Shown: one piece after another, positions 56,021 through 64,000 of the stretch
Position numbering within the stretch: the first letter of the stretch is position 1
How the letters are laid out: each line of letters opens with the position of its first letter
Source: a virus
Taxonomy: Duplodnaviria; Caudoviricetes
IMG/VR virus record: IMGVR_UViG_3300037420_000470
Span: 1 to 64,000 of that record
Length of the DNA: 64,000 nucleotides
Strand: one strand, 5' to 3'
Translations under genes and position numbers: made by a program
The notes under the pieces: generated by a model
The model's database searches: none
What the model was told of the DNA's origin: nothing
Seen by the model: only the letters and a program-made list of their open reading frames with translations

Positions 56021-56815
56021 TTAACTTATTTCCAGAATGTCTGGTGTAAGCTTGTTTCTGAAATTAAGCCAGTCATCGTCCGTAGTCGGATTCCAACCAG
56101 TCTTAATCTTTTTGACTATTGCTATAATCTGGTGCTTGACAACATTAAAGTGTCGGGCAACATCTGCGTAGCTACAGTCGCTATGATTACTAATAAATGT
56201 ATGAATATCGTCAGCAATCATCCAATTACCTATAACAGCCCTTGAATGCTCCCAAGGCTTCAGTGCAAGACAAGCTTCTCTCATGGCCTTGACACCTTTC
56301 TCACGAGTGTTAAGAACACCTTCAGTCACTCGTCTTGTTTTGGCAGCACTGCTAATATTGGCTCTAGCCTCATCTGACCTGATTTTTCCAGTAAGGGCTT
56401 TGCGAATCTTTTTAACAGTTTCAGGTGAACTCTTACGACCTCTGCGCGTTGCAGACATTTCAGATTTAGTCTCTTCTGTATGTTGAATACCTAAACGGGT
56501 AACTTCTCCACCAACACAAACGTTATAGCCGATGTTCGCTAGAGGTCTTAGGCACTTCTCTTTTTCAAGGCACTCACTAAACGTTCCCTCAAACACGGTG
56601 TCAATAACTAGGTCATCACCGTATTTCCTGATTGCCCTGTGTATGGGCAAATTACTTCCGCGTTTGGAACAGTATTTATGTTCCTTAAACCTTTTATCGG
56701 CACTCTTTACTGTCACACCAACATAACCTTCGCAGCAAATGTCGGTGTGTTCAGGAAGATGTATCCAATAAGTTATGCCGTGTCTTTCGAGAATATCTTC
56801 AGAAGGTGAAACCAT
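56021..56815 (-). CDS. GIY-YIG family homing endonuclease with NUMOD3 repeats
   Basis: GITYWI...GYVGVT...RFKEH; HTEETKSEMS / SSPETVKKI / RSDEARANIS repeats. Confidence 0.85.
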   Translation of the reverse strand: MVSPSEDILERHGITYWIHLPEHTDICCEGYVGVTVKSADKRFKEHKYCSKRGSNLPIHRAIRKYGDDLVIDTVFEGTFSECLEKEKCLRPLANIGYNVCVGGEVTRLGIQHTEETKSEMSATRRGRKSSPETVKKIRKALTGKIRSDEARANISSAAKTRRVTEGVLNTREKGVKAMREACLALKPWEHSRAVIGNWMIADDIHTFISNHSDCSYADVARHFNVVKHQIIAIVKKIKTGWNPTTDDDWLNFRNKLTPDILEIS

Positions 56816-57354
56816 TACTTCTTGCCATATTTCGCAAGAAGAATTTTCATTTCTGCTGATTCCTCATTAACTTTTGTAGCGTCTGCTTGCGCAGCAACAC
56901 CGACTTCCTTGAAAAGATTCGATTTCGCTTCTACTTCCACCGAACCAACCAATGCAGACACAACAGCTTCAAACGCTGCATCGTCCAAACCTTCCGTGGC
57001 AAGCAACAGACTGTCAGCTTTTTCAGTGCCGATTGCAGCAACAACTTTCTCTTTACGCGAAGCAGCTTTAGCAGCAGCAGCTTGAGCAATCATTTCAGCT
57101 TTCTCAGCTTCAATTGCAGCCAATGCAGCAGTGGCAGCTTCATATTTACTATTCAGTTCAGCGAGAGCCACCGTAGCAGCATCAAGCGATGTAGTAGCTT
57201 CTTTCAATTGTGCTTGCAGATCAGACACCACTGTATCGAACTCTGCGATAGCATTGTCTAGTTCTGCTTGAGGAACAACAGCTTGTTCCCGTGTTTCAAC
57301 TACTTCCGCTTGTGCAGGTTGCACATTCAGAAGCTTCTTAAATTTATCCAGCAT
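56815..57354 (-). CDS. Scaffold protein
   Basis: Ala/Glu coiled coil between protease and capsid genes. Confidence 0.75.
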   Translation of the reverse strand: MLDKFKKLLNVQPAQAEVVETREQAVVPQAELDNAIAEFDTVVSDLQAQLKEATTSLDAATVALAELNSKYEAATAALAAIEAEKAEMIAQAAAAKAASRKEKVVAAIGTEKADSLLLATEGLDDAAFEAVVSALVGSVEVEAKSNLFKEVGVAAQADATKVNEESAEMKILLAKYGKK

Positions 57355-58214
57355 TACGCTGCTCCTTTGTGTAGAGATGCTACATACGTAGCAAATTCAC
57401 GATTAGTCATAACTTTATTTGCCAATCCACGTTTAACAGCTTCTTCAGCGTTAAACACTTTGGCTTCAAAACTAGTGATTGTTTTAATATCCAAACCAGT
57501 ATATTTACTAACGTGTTCTGCAAATTCCATGTTCAAGCGATCTACTTCAGCTTGTAGCTCATCCAAGAACTCTTGCTTGAATGAACCATCTTCTGCGAAT
57601 GGAACTTTAGATTTTCCGCTAGTGATGAAGATGCGTTTGAAACCAGCTTGCTCCATTGCTTTGCTTGTGTCCAACAGCGCAACAACACAACCTATGGAGC
57701 CAAGAGATGCTGAAGGATTGGCAACCACTTCATCACAAATGGAAATCAGAGCATAAGCAGCAGAAGCAGCGAGTGTGTCTGCATAACCAATCAGTTGAAT
57801 GTTGCTATCATCACAGATGGCACGAATCTCGTTAGCTGTTTCAAAAACATGCGAAGCCTCACCACCCCCGCTAGAAACTTCCATGACGATAGTTTTAACT
57901 CCAGCTTCAGCCATCTCTTCAACTTGGTCTACCAAGGATTGATAGCTTGTGCCAGCAGCACCGCATAGAGTCATTACAGGTTTGTAAGTGAGAGAGCCAT
58001 CAACCTTGAGAACACCTAAACCGTCGGCATAAGGTTTTTCTTTAGGTTGTCTAGTGTACGGGTCATCTTCATACTCATCGTATGCTTTGACTACACCGAC
58101 ATCGTTACGGGACTCTAGGTAGTCTAGAATGACGCTGAAAGCACTTGGGGTTATCAAGTGCGGCTTATTGTGAATACTTTCGTACAGCCTAAAGAGGCTG
58201 TGTGCTATTGGCAT
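57354..58214 (-). CDS. Prohead protease, S49 family
   Basis: SSGGGEAS, AASAAYAL, LGSIGCV. Confidence 0.9.
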   Translation of the reverse strand: MPIAHSLFRLYESIHNKPHLITPSAFSVILDYLESRNDVGVVKAYDEYEDDPYTRQPKEKPYADGLGVLKVDGSLTYKPVMTLCGAAGTSYQSLVDQVEEMAEAGVKTIVMEVSSGGGEASHVFETANEIRAICDDSNIQLIGYADTLAASAAYALISICDEVVANPSASLGSIGCVVALLDTSKAMEQAGFKRIFITSGKSKVPFAEDGSFKQEFLDELQAEVDRLNMEFAEHVSKYTGLDIKTITSFEAKVFNAEEAVKRGLANKVMTNREFATYVASLHKGAA

Positions 58215-58223
58215 AATGCCTCC

Positions 58224-59729
58224 TTATGCTGTGTTATCACTGTTATTGGATGATCTATCTTTACCTGTTGCAGACTTTGCAGTTCCATCACCAACTGTAC
58301 CAACTTCCATGCCTGCACCAGACTTGCTAGATTGGCCTGTCAATGTGGCAGGTAAAGCCTCTTTATCTATCGGCTCGTCATCAGGTTTAGCAGGTACACC
58401 AAGCAACTCCCTAACACGATTGAGAACCGGGCGGTCAACTTCAATTGCACTTGTGGAGAACACTCGTTGTACAGCTTTAGAGAATGTCTCAAGGTCAATC
58501 TCTTCAACATCTGAATAAAAGAAGTGAGCTATGTTTTCTGTAGACCAGCCATTCTGCTCGTATATGATACGCATCAGATGGCTATTCAACACTTCCGCTA
58601 TCTCTTTCAAACGATAATCAATAGCGAGAGCAAGAACAGAACTCTTACTTTCTGCTAGTGAGAATGATCCAGAGCCTTCTGCACCTAGTTTGAGAATATC
58701 AACAGATAGGGCAGAAAGAATGTCACCTTGCAAGCGACGTATGATTGATTCTGTATCGTACTTCGCACCACCCTTTGACTCCATCAACTCATAAGTGAAA
58801 AGTGGGAGTTTGCTTTCAGGGTCAACCATATTTGGTACGAGCAAACCTCTCTGTGTACCTGCATTGTAGTTGTCGATGATTTGCTGAAATGCTGCGACAG
58901 CCGCTTTATCTTCAGCAGAAGCGTTAGGGTCAAGGTAGCGCGGAGGAATAGCGATCTTGAGAATGCCTTGAACGTCTTTTGCAACACCAATCAACTCTTG
59001 ATCTTGCAACAACTCCATTCTTTTGAATGCGAGATAGATGTTCTTATAAATACTGTTTCCTTCAGGGTTGCCCTTATTGGCACTGGCAGAAAACAGCAGG
59101 AATTTTTCACGATCAATTTGCAGCTTACCTTGATCGTTTAAACGATTCTGAAAACGGTAAGCGTTTTGAATATTATTTAGTGATTGCTCTACAGCGAGAA
59201 GATCAGAACCATCTTCAGAGAAAATCCAACCCGTAATTGTGTCTTGACTACGTACAGGTAGCTTCTTAAGCCCTACCAATCCGTCATTGTACTTACTGCC
59301 ATTGCGTAACAACCTGCGACGTAGTACAATCTCATTAATACCAAAACCATATTCAAGGTAAGGGATAACGGACTCAATAAATGCTGACCAAGAGTGCTCC
59401 ATATCATGCATCATTGTTCTAATAACATCTGCACGAGATTTAGCTTTATCGTCAGCACCTTTAGGGGCTTGCACATCCCATCTAACCCTACTTATCATCA
59501 TACGGTAAACATTCATTGCGCTCCCAACTGTAGGGTTGTTGCGCATCTCATTTACGGTTTGAATGAATTGTGGATAGCGGAATGCTTTTTGAGTTTCTTC
59601 TGTGATTTGGCGATTCCTAACTTTCAAGCCTAGAATACCTTGCTCTCCAAGTTGGATACGTGGTATAACTATGCCATCATCAGGCTTCAAATCTTCTTCG
59701 GAGCTTTTTGCCTTTTTAGCTTTTGGCAT
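58224..59729 (-). CDS. Portal protein
   Basis: 501 aa after terminase; YLEYGF, GNPEGNSI, GSFSLAESK. Confidence 0.9.
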   Translation of the reverse strand: MPKAKKAKSSEEDLKPDDGIVIPRIQLGEQGILGLKVRNRQITEETQKAFRYPQFIQTVNEMRNNPTVGSAMNVYRMMISRVRWDVQAPKGADDKAKSRADVIRTMMHDMEHSWSAFIESVIPYLEYGFGINEIVLRRRLLRNGSKYNDGLVGLKKLPVRSQDTITGWIFSEDGSDLLAVEQSLNNIQNAYRFQNRLNDQGKLQIDREKFLLFSASANKGNPEGNSIYKNIYLAFKRMELLQDQELIGVAKDVQGILKIAIPPRYLDPNASAEDKAAVAAFQQIIDNYNAGTQRGLLVPNMVDPESKLPLFTYELMESKGGAKYDTESIIRRLQGDILSALSVDILKLGAEGSGSFSLAESKSSVLALAIDYRLKEIAEVLNSHLMRIIYEQNGWSTENIAHFFYSDVEEIDLETFSKAVQRVFSTSAIEVDRPVLNRVRELLGVPAKPDDEPIDKEALPATLTGQSSKSGAGMEVGTVGDGTAKSATGKDRSSNNSDNTA

Positions 59730-59746
59730 TAAGCACTCCTTTAGGA

Positions 59747-61153
59747 TTAATTAATTTTTGGTATTGGTGATTTTTGTTCTAGCGTAGGGACAGCGAAAGT
59801 GGGGAGTTGAATTTGCTTTGCCAGTGTTGAGAAACAGTCAGACACCGCATCAACCTGATCATTTTTCTCCGTTCTGCTTCCACTAAACTGTTCAAGCTCT
59901 AGAAAGAATGCTTCGTTCCAATCACCTTTAACCACCCTAACACTACCGCTTTCACAAAGCGCAGCAAAAGGTTGGAATTTTGTAACTTTACTGTTATGCC
60001 CTGAAATCGTACATGACCTAGCAACAATACCATTCTCTGCTAATGTACGAATGTAAAACGAGTTGGCTGTACTTCCTGCCGCTCCAGGGTCTTTAGGAAT
60101 AGTGACAGAACACTCATCCACACCATCTGCAATAGCGGTATCAATCACAGCTTTAAGAACTTTATCTGTCCTATCTCTGAGTCTTACAACATCTTCAACA
60201 TAGTAGATACCATATTTATCACGACTCATCTTCACACCAGCAGTCCAGTCCGGGTTAGGAACAGCAACAGAGGGCAAAGTTGAGGCAAAGTCCCATGACC
60301 TTACTCGTGCAATAGGGTTTATTGGTGATCGATCAACTATTGGTGTCCATTCACGCTTGAAATAACCACTACCGCTTTCCTTAGCAGTCCATGAACCATG
60401 CAAATACTTTAATTGGTTGACGTATGGTTGTGCTAATAGGTTAGCAAGATAACTTGTGTTTCTTGGAGGTAGAAGGTAAGGGTTGTCAAACACACCTGTA
60501 GGAAGAAAACGAAACGATTTAGGCATACACAACCTAAGACGTTCTTCACCAGACATTTTTAACATGTCATCTTCAGTCATGCCGTGAGCATAAATCATAT
60601 CTCTTGGCTTACCGTACAACTCATAGCACTCTTCAGGACTATCTGCCCAATGCGCTTTGTTATCGATAACGATAAACCACCTAATCCTGTTCTCAGTACC
60701 TTCTACTGGTACACCAGTTTCAGGGTCAAGACTGAAATCAACCCAATTTTTAAGAAAAGAATTGATGTCAGGATTGCACGTCAGGATCAGTTGAGGATGA
60801 ATCTTTGAGTGCGCAGAACGCAAACGAGACAACAAGAATAACACTTGCTTCTCAGTCCATTTATCTGCTGCTTCGTCAATCAGAGCACGTACAAGCTGAG
60901 AACCCTGCCATGAACCTAAATCGTCGTCTGTAGCAATTGCAGAGAACGATACTTGCGCACCTGATGGGAACACCCATTGCATTGCTTGGGATTTGTACAC
61001 ACCACCAAAATCACGATACACAGGTTTCGATTCATCGATTAATCCACCCTGCCTTTTGAGTTCAGGGTATGTGCGACGAAAGATTGTGCATCTAAAATGA
61101 GGATCATCCAATCCATCTAAATTCTTTGTGAGGCAGGTAAAGGACTTACCACC
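59747..61153 (-). CDS. terL: Terminase large subunit, exon 2
   Basis: Begins GGT GGT AAG TCC (GGKS); Walker B LIDEAA, LTCNP, nuclease RSWDFA and DQVDA. Confidence 0.93.
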   Translation of the reverse strand, partial: GGKSFTCLTKNLDGLDDPHFRCTIFRRTYPELKRQGGLIDESKPVYRDFGGVYKSQAMQWVFPSGAQVSFSAIATDDDLGSWQGSQLVRALIDEAADKWTEKQVLFLLSRLRSAHSKIHPQLILTCNPDINSFLKNWVDFSLDPETGVPVEGTENRIRWFIVIDNKAHWADSPEECYELYGKPRDMIYAHGMTEDDMLKMSGEERLRLCMPKSFRFLPTGVFDNPYLLPPRNTSYLANLLAQPYVNQLKYLHGSWTAKESGSGYFKREWTPIVDRSPINPIARVRSWDFASTLPSVAVPNPDWTAGVKMSRDKYGIYYVEDVVRLRDRTDKVLKAVIDTAIADGVDECSVTIPKDPGAAGSTANSFYIRTLAENGIVARSCTISGHNSKVTKFQPFAALCESGSVRVVKGDWNEAFFLELEQFSGSRTEKNDQVDAVSDCFSTLAKQIQLPTFAVPTLEQKSPIPKIN

Positions 61154-61412
61154 CAATATCTTCAAGTAAGTTCGTTACGCTTACCCCGCTGTTAAGCTGC
61201 TCCTATTCGCATAGGACGTTGAGACTATATCACCTACCCTTATAGGGTAGCCTTCCGTTTCGGATCACTTGATCCTACTCCCTTGCGGGATAGTCGTTGA
61301 ACGTCTTTCTCATTTATGAGAAATTTCGCTGCTGATTGTCTCGCAAAGAGAGTTTCCAGCAATTAGAAAGGTTTGCTACGTAAGATTACTCTTACGAGGG
61401 GCAGTGTTATTT
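61154..61412 (-). ncRNA. Group I self-splicing intron (259 nt, no internal ORF) in terL
   Basis: P AAUUGCUGGAAA, Q AAUCAGCAG, R GUUCAACGACUA, S GAUAUAGUCU; 5' exon ends in U pairing with IGS GCCC; intron ends in G; splicing restores Walker A GGGAGGGKS. Confidence 0.93.
61307..61322. repeat. Palindrome TTCTCATWWATGAGAA, copy 7 (inside the intron)
   Basis: Lies between Q and R elements, i.e. the P6 region. Confidence 0.95.
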
Positions 61413-61511
61413 ACCCGCGCCTCCACCGAGTAAAATCACATCTGTATGATTATCGGTGAGAAAAAGCCTCTGCTTCTCTGAGCAGGGGCCGTAAACTTTG
61501 GTTTCACTCAA
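61413..61511 (-). CDS. terL: Terminase large subunit, exon 1
   Basis: TTG start with GGAG RBS, overlapping the HNH stop; MSETKVYGPCSEKQRLFLTDNHTDVILLGGGAG (33 codons). Confidence 0.9.
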
Positions 61512-62317
61512 TCTGTTATCTCCACTTCATATTTATACAAAGCATCGTAACAACGAGGATCAATCACATCTTTGTATTTGTCTGCTAAAACTTTTAAATA
61601 CTTCTCTTTCGCTTTCTTATAAGCTTTGAAAGCTTCAGTAGGGCAGTTGAAATAACCTAAATGCCTAGTCTTATTATTCTCTCTAAGGCAAGCCATGAAC
61701 TTGTTGTGCTGAGAGTGCCAACTTACACCGATGGGATAATCACCCCGCTTTGAATTAGCTTTAGTCAATTGAGAATTAATTTCCGCAGGGACAAACACAC
61801 AATACTCAGGGCAATAGAGTTTATTGCCTTTTTTCAAAATGTCCTTATCAAGATGAAAACCTTGCTCTTTATATCCTATCTGCTTTTGACACCAATCAGA
61901 GAAGTTATCAGCATACAACCATTCATCACAAACTTCTACACCAGTATATGTTGGTTTTCCAGAATGATATTTGGAATTATAAGCCCGTGTCATCATCCCA
62001 TACCAAGTGTTGTATTCCTTTGTAATCACACCGTTATCGTCGTGTGTTTTACTTTTAAAAGGTTTATACCCAACACCATACACTGTAGGGATGTTTGGAT
62101 CATAGACACGTTTAGGAATTTTATCAGCACACTTCTTGCAACCTTGACCCCGCTTATGGGAGTTATATACTTGAGAGAACACCCCATGCTCTTTGCAAAT
62201 AATATCTATCTTCTCTTTTGTTGCTGTGTACTTAACCAACGAATAATCGTAAGTATTACCATGCACGTCAATTAACTCTTTAACTGCTACTTCTTGCGTC
62301 AATACTCTCTTTGCCAC
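61508..62317 (-). CDS. Free-standing HNH homing endonuclease
   Basis: YDYSLVKY...IICKEHG...GCKKC N-domain; HLDKDIL...YCPEYCVFVPAEIN; AP2-like C-terminus HLGYF. Confidence 0.88.
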   Translation of the reverse strand: MAKRVLTQEVAVKELIDVHGNTYDYSLVKYTATKEKIDIICKEHGVFSQVYNSHKRGQGCKKCADKIPKRVYDPNIPTVYGVGYKPFKSKTHDDNGVITKEYNTWYGMMTRAYNSKYHSGKPTYTGVEVCDEWLYADNFSDWCQKQIGYKEQGFHLDKDILKKGNKLYCPEYCVFVPAEINSQLTKANSKRGDYPIGVSWHSQHNKFMACLRENNKTRHLGYFNCPTEAFKAYKKAKEKYLKVLADKYKDVIDPRCYDALYKYEVEITD

Positions 62318-62725
62318 TACTCAACCTCCCCAGGTCATTGTTATTGAATAATCTTTAATCAGCACACCAAGCGCCTAGGGAGGGACACACAAGATGCACT
62401 GATTGAAAACTATTCAGTTGACGACAAAATCCCTCAAGGCTTTCACCATGAGGGACGTTATATTAGTTCTGTGCTGCCACTCTGTCCATGCAAACACAGT
62501 TTGGTGTTGCAAAAAATCAACACCTTCTCCACAACATTTTAAAATGCACCCTCCACAACCAAGGAGAAAGGATTTGTGCAAAGGGTACATTTTAAAATGC
62601 ACAGTTTTCGTCTAAGGTACTGTGTAAACCTTATCAAGCCCTTTAAAGGAACTCTGAATGCTGCAACCTTTACAAACCCTTTGGGCCGACCTTTGCAGGG
62701 AAGGAATTAACGCAGCTAAAATTGC

Positions 62726-62801
62726 TGGTGCTGATCGCAGGACTCGAACCCACCACCCTCTGATTACAAATCAGACGCTCTACCAGATGAGCTAGACCAG
62801 C
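62726..62801 (-). tRNA. trnT: tRNA-Thr(UGU) with encoded CCA
   Basis: 76 nt cloverleaf folded by hand: acceptor GCTGGTC/GATCAGC, anticodon stem TCTGA/TCAGA with loop TTTGTAA, TTCGAGT T loop. Confidence 0.95.
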
Positions 62802-62809
62802 ATTATCTC

Positions 62810-63223
62810 TCACCAAGGAGTTGGTGCGGGAACCGGATAACCAGGATCAGGCTGCTCTACACTACCAAAATCGCCAGGAGAGCAAATCTCCATATACATC
62901 ATGTCTTGCGAATAATTGAACAAGTAATGCAACAAACCGGGATTCTGACTAACCATATCTCCTGCTTCTACTCGCACAACCTTATCTTCATACATAAATT
63001 CTGCCCATCCCTGGAGCATATAGACCATTTGAAAATCTAGAACATGTATGTGCCAACCTGTACCCTTGTCAGGAGGACACTCAGGGTTAGCCTTAACAAG
63101 ATGAGCAATCACCTTACCATCTGAAGCATTCTTGATACCTAAATCTTTGTAGAGAAAGAATGGACGTAAGCCTTCGCTTCTCCACTCTGTATCTGCAGGT
63201 TTAACATGTGAGAATTTCATCAC
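62810..63223 (-). CDS. Cupin-domain protein (host-like)
   Basis: GTGWHIH...FQMVYMLQGW...AGDMVSQNPGLLH cupin metal-binding motifs. Confidence 0.85.
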   Translation of the reverse strand: MMKFSHVKPADTEWRSEGLRPFFLYKDLGIKNASDGKVIAHLVKANPECPPDKGTGWHIHVLDFQMVYMLQGWAEFMYEDKVVRVEAGDMVSQNPGLLHYLFNYSQDMMYMEICSPGDFGSVEQPDPGYPVPAPTPW

Positions 63224-63425
63224 TCACCCTCTTATCTGGTAGTACCTTATTGATATAACCTAGTGCTAACATAAAGTCAAAGTAGCGTTGGTCTAGTACA
63301 GTCAAACCAAGGTTGACAGTTTTTACTGAAAACCACTCTGAAGACGTTACGTTGAAAATTTCACCAGCACGTAGAAATGTCTTAGGTACATCACGTAATA
63401 TTACGTACTTCCCTAAAGTGCTCAT
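63201..63425 (-). CDS. Hypothetical protein
   Basis: 74 aa ORF, stop/start overlap. Confidence 0.6.
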   Translation of the reverse strand: MSTLGKYVILRDVPKTFLRAGEIFNVTSSEWFSVKTVNLGLTVLDQRYFDFMLALGYINKVLPDKRVSDEILTC

Positions 63426-63802
63426 TAGGCTATGCTACGGATGGTCGTAAAATCGACAACTGGCCTATTTTTACGTTGTTCTTCCTCTTCATCTTGTGAG
63501 AGGGGAACTAGTTTCGTCTGCGGTTGACGATTTAATTTAATCTCTGCTATCATCCGTTGCATCTGGTCATTAGACATGGCTTTCTTAACGTCAATGTCAA
63601 ATTCCAGTAGTTTTGATGCAGCTTGCATCCTAACTTTTTCGTCTGAACTGGCAAGGAGGGTAACAAGAACATCAATAGCCTCTTTTGAGACTTTGGAAAG
63701 TTCTTTAGAGAGTTTGTCTAACTTTACTTTGTCGTTGAGGAAACTAGGATTTTCCTCTTTCGTAACTACGGAAACTGACACAGAGCCGTTATTTTGAGTC
63801 AT
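63425..63802 (-). CDS. Helical protein, candidate terminase small subunit
   Basis: GGAG RBS before ATG 63802; EAIDVLVTLLASSDEKVRMQAA; first gene of the packaging arm. Function inferred from position only. Confidence 0.45.
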   Translation of the reverse strand: MTQNNGSVSVSVVTKEENPSFLNDKVKLDKLSKELSKVSKEAIDVLVTLLASSDEKVRMQAASKLLEFDIDVKKAMSNDQMQRMIAEIKLNRQPQTKLVPLSQDEEEEQRKNRPVVDFTTIRSIA

Positions 63803-63881
63803 TTTTGGCTCCTTTTCTAATATGTGTATATTATCATACTTTCCTAGATTTGTCAATACCCCAATTATCAAACTAACAATT

Positions 63882-63897
63882 TTCTCATAAATGAGAA
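63882..63897. repeat. Palindrome TTCTCATWWATGAGAA, copy 8
   Basis: Upstream of the late arm, next to TTGACA...TGTCAA at 63905-63930. Confidence 0.95.
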
Positions 63898-64000
63898 ATT
63901 CTTCTTGACAAGATGCTTGATAATTGTCAACATACGCTCATCTCAACACACCGTTGAGACATTAACCAAGGAGAACTTTTGAATACTAATGCTGTAACCA

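Noticed and set aside
61154-61165. TerL start at TTG 61165 as called in the ORF track
   Set aside because: It lies inside the intron and truncates Walker A; the true start is 61511.
63905-63930. Divergent sigma70 promoters from TTGACA...TGTCAA
   Set aside because: No acceptable -10 box at 16-18 nt in either direction, so it was not called.
63961-64000. Circular closure of the window (RBS + TTG ORF running into position 1)
   Set aside because: The joined ORF would be only 11 aa and the window length is arbitrary; completeness cannot be judged.
1-64000. Lysogeny module, phage RNA polymerase, DNA-modification or diversity-generating retroelement genes
   Set aside because: No integrase, CI/Cro pair, RNAP, methyltransferase, PurZ-like or reverse transcriptase motifs were recognised in any ORF.

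Overview
The window holds most or all of a tailed dsDNA phage genome with siphovirus-type architecture. No integrase, repressor cassette or RNA polymerase gene is recognisable, so it is probably lytic. The + strand arm (about 276-33180) carries small early/accessory genes and replication and nucleotide-metabolism genes: ATP-dependent ligase (frameshifted here), ThyX, primase-helicase, family A DNA polymerase, dNMP kinase, SSB-like protein, 5'-3' exonuclease, class I RNR with glutaredoxin. The convergent - strand arm (about 63800 to 33270) carries tRNA-Thr(UGU), a cupin, terminase, portal, head, tail, tail fibres and lysis genes. Strongest unexpected signals: (1) an ORF-less group I intron inside the terminase Walker A motif, with a free-standing HNH gene overlapping the terminase start; (2) eight copies of the palindrome TTCTCATWWATGAGAA, seven at gene boundaries and one forming a stem inside the intron; (3) three tandem small proteins all ending W-x-[SP]-S-x-x-x-C-stop next to a nucleotidyltransferase-like gene; (4) sigma70 promoters whose -10 box lies in an inverted repeat; (5) a GC-rich SGNH esterase cassette between capsid and head-tail adaptor; (6) modular tail-fibre genes with shared segments. 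All family assignments come from motif recognition only, with no database search. A betaproteobacterial host is a weak inference from remembered similarity of the cupin and lysis genes.
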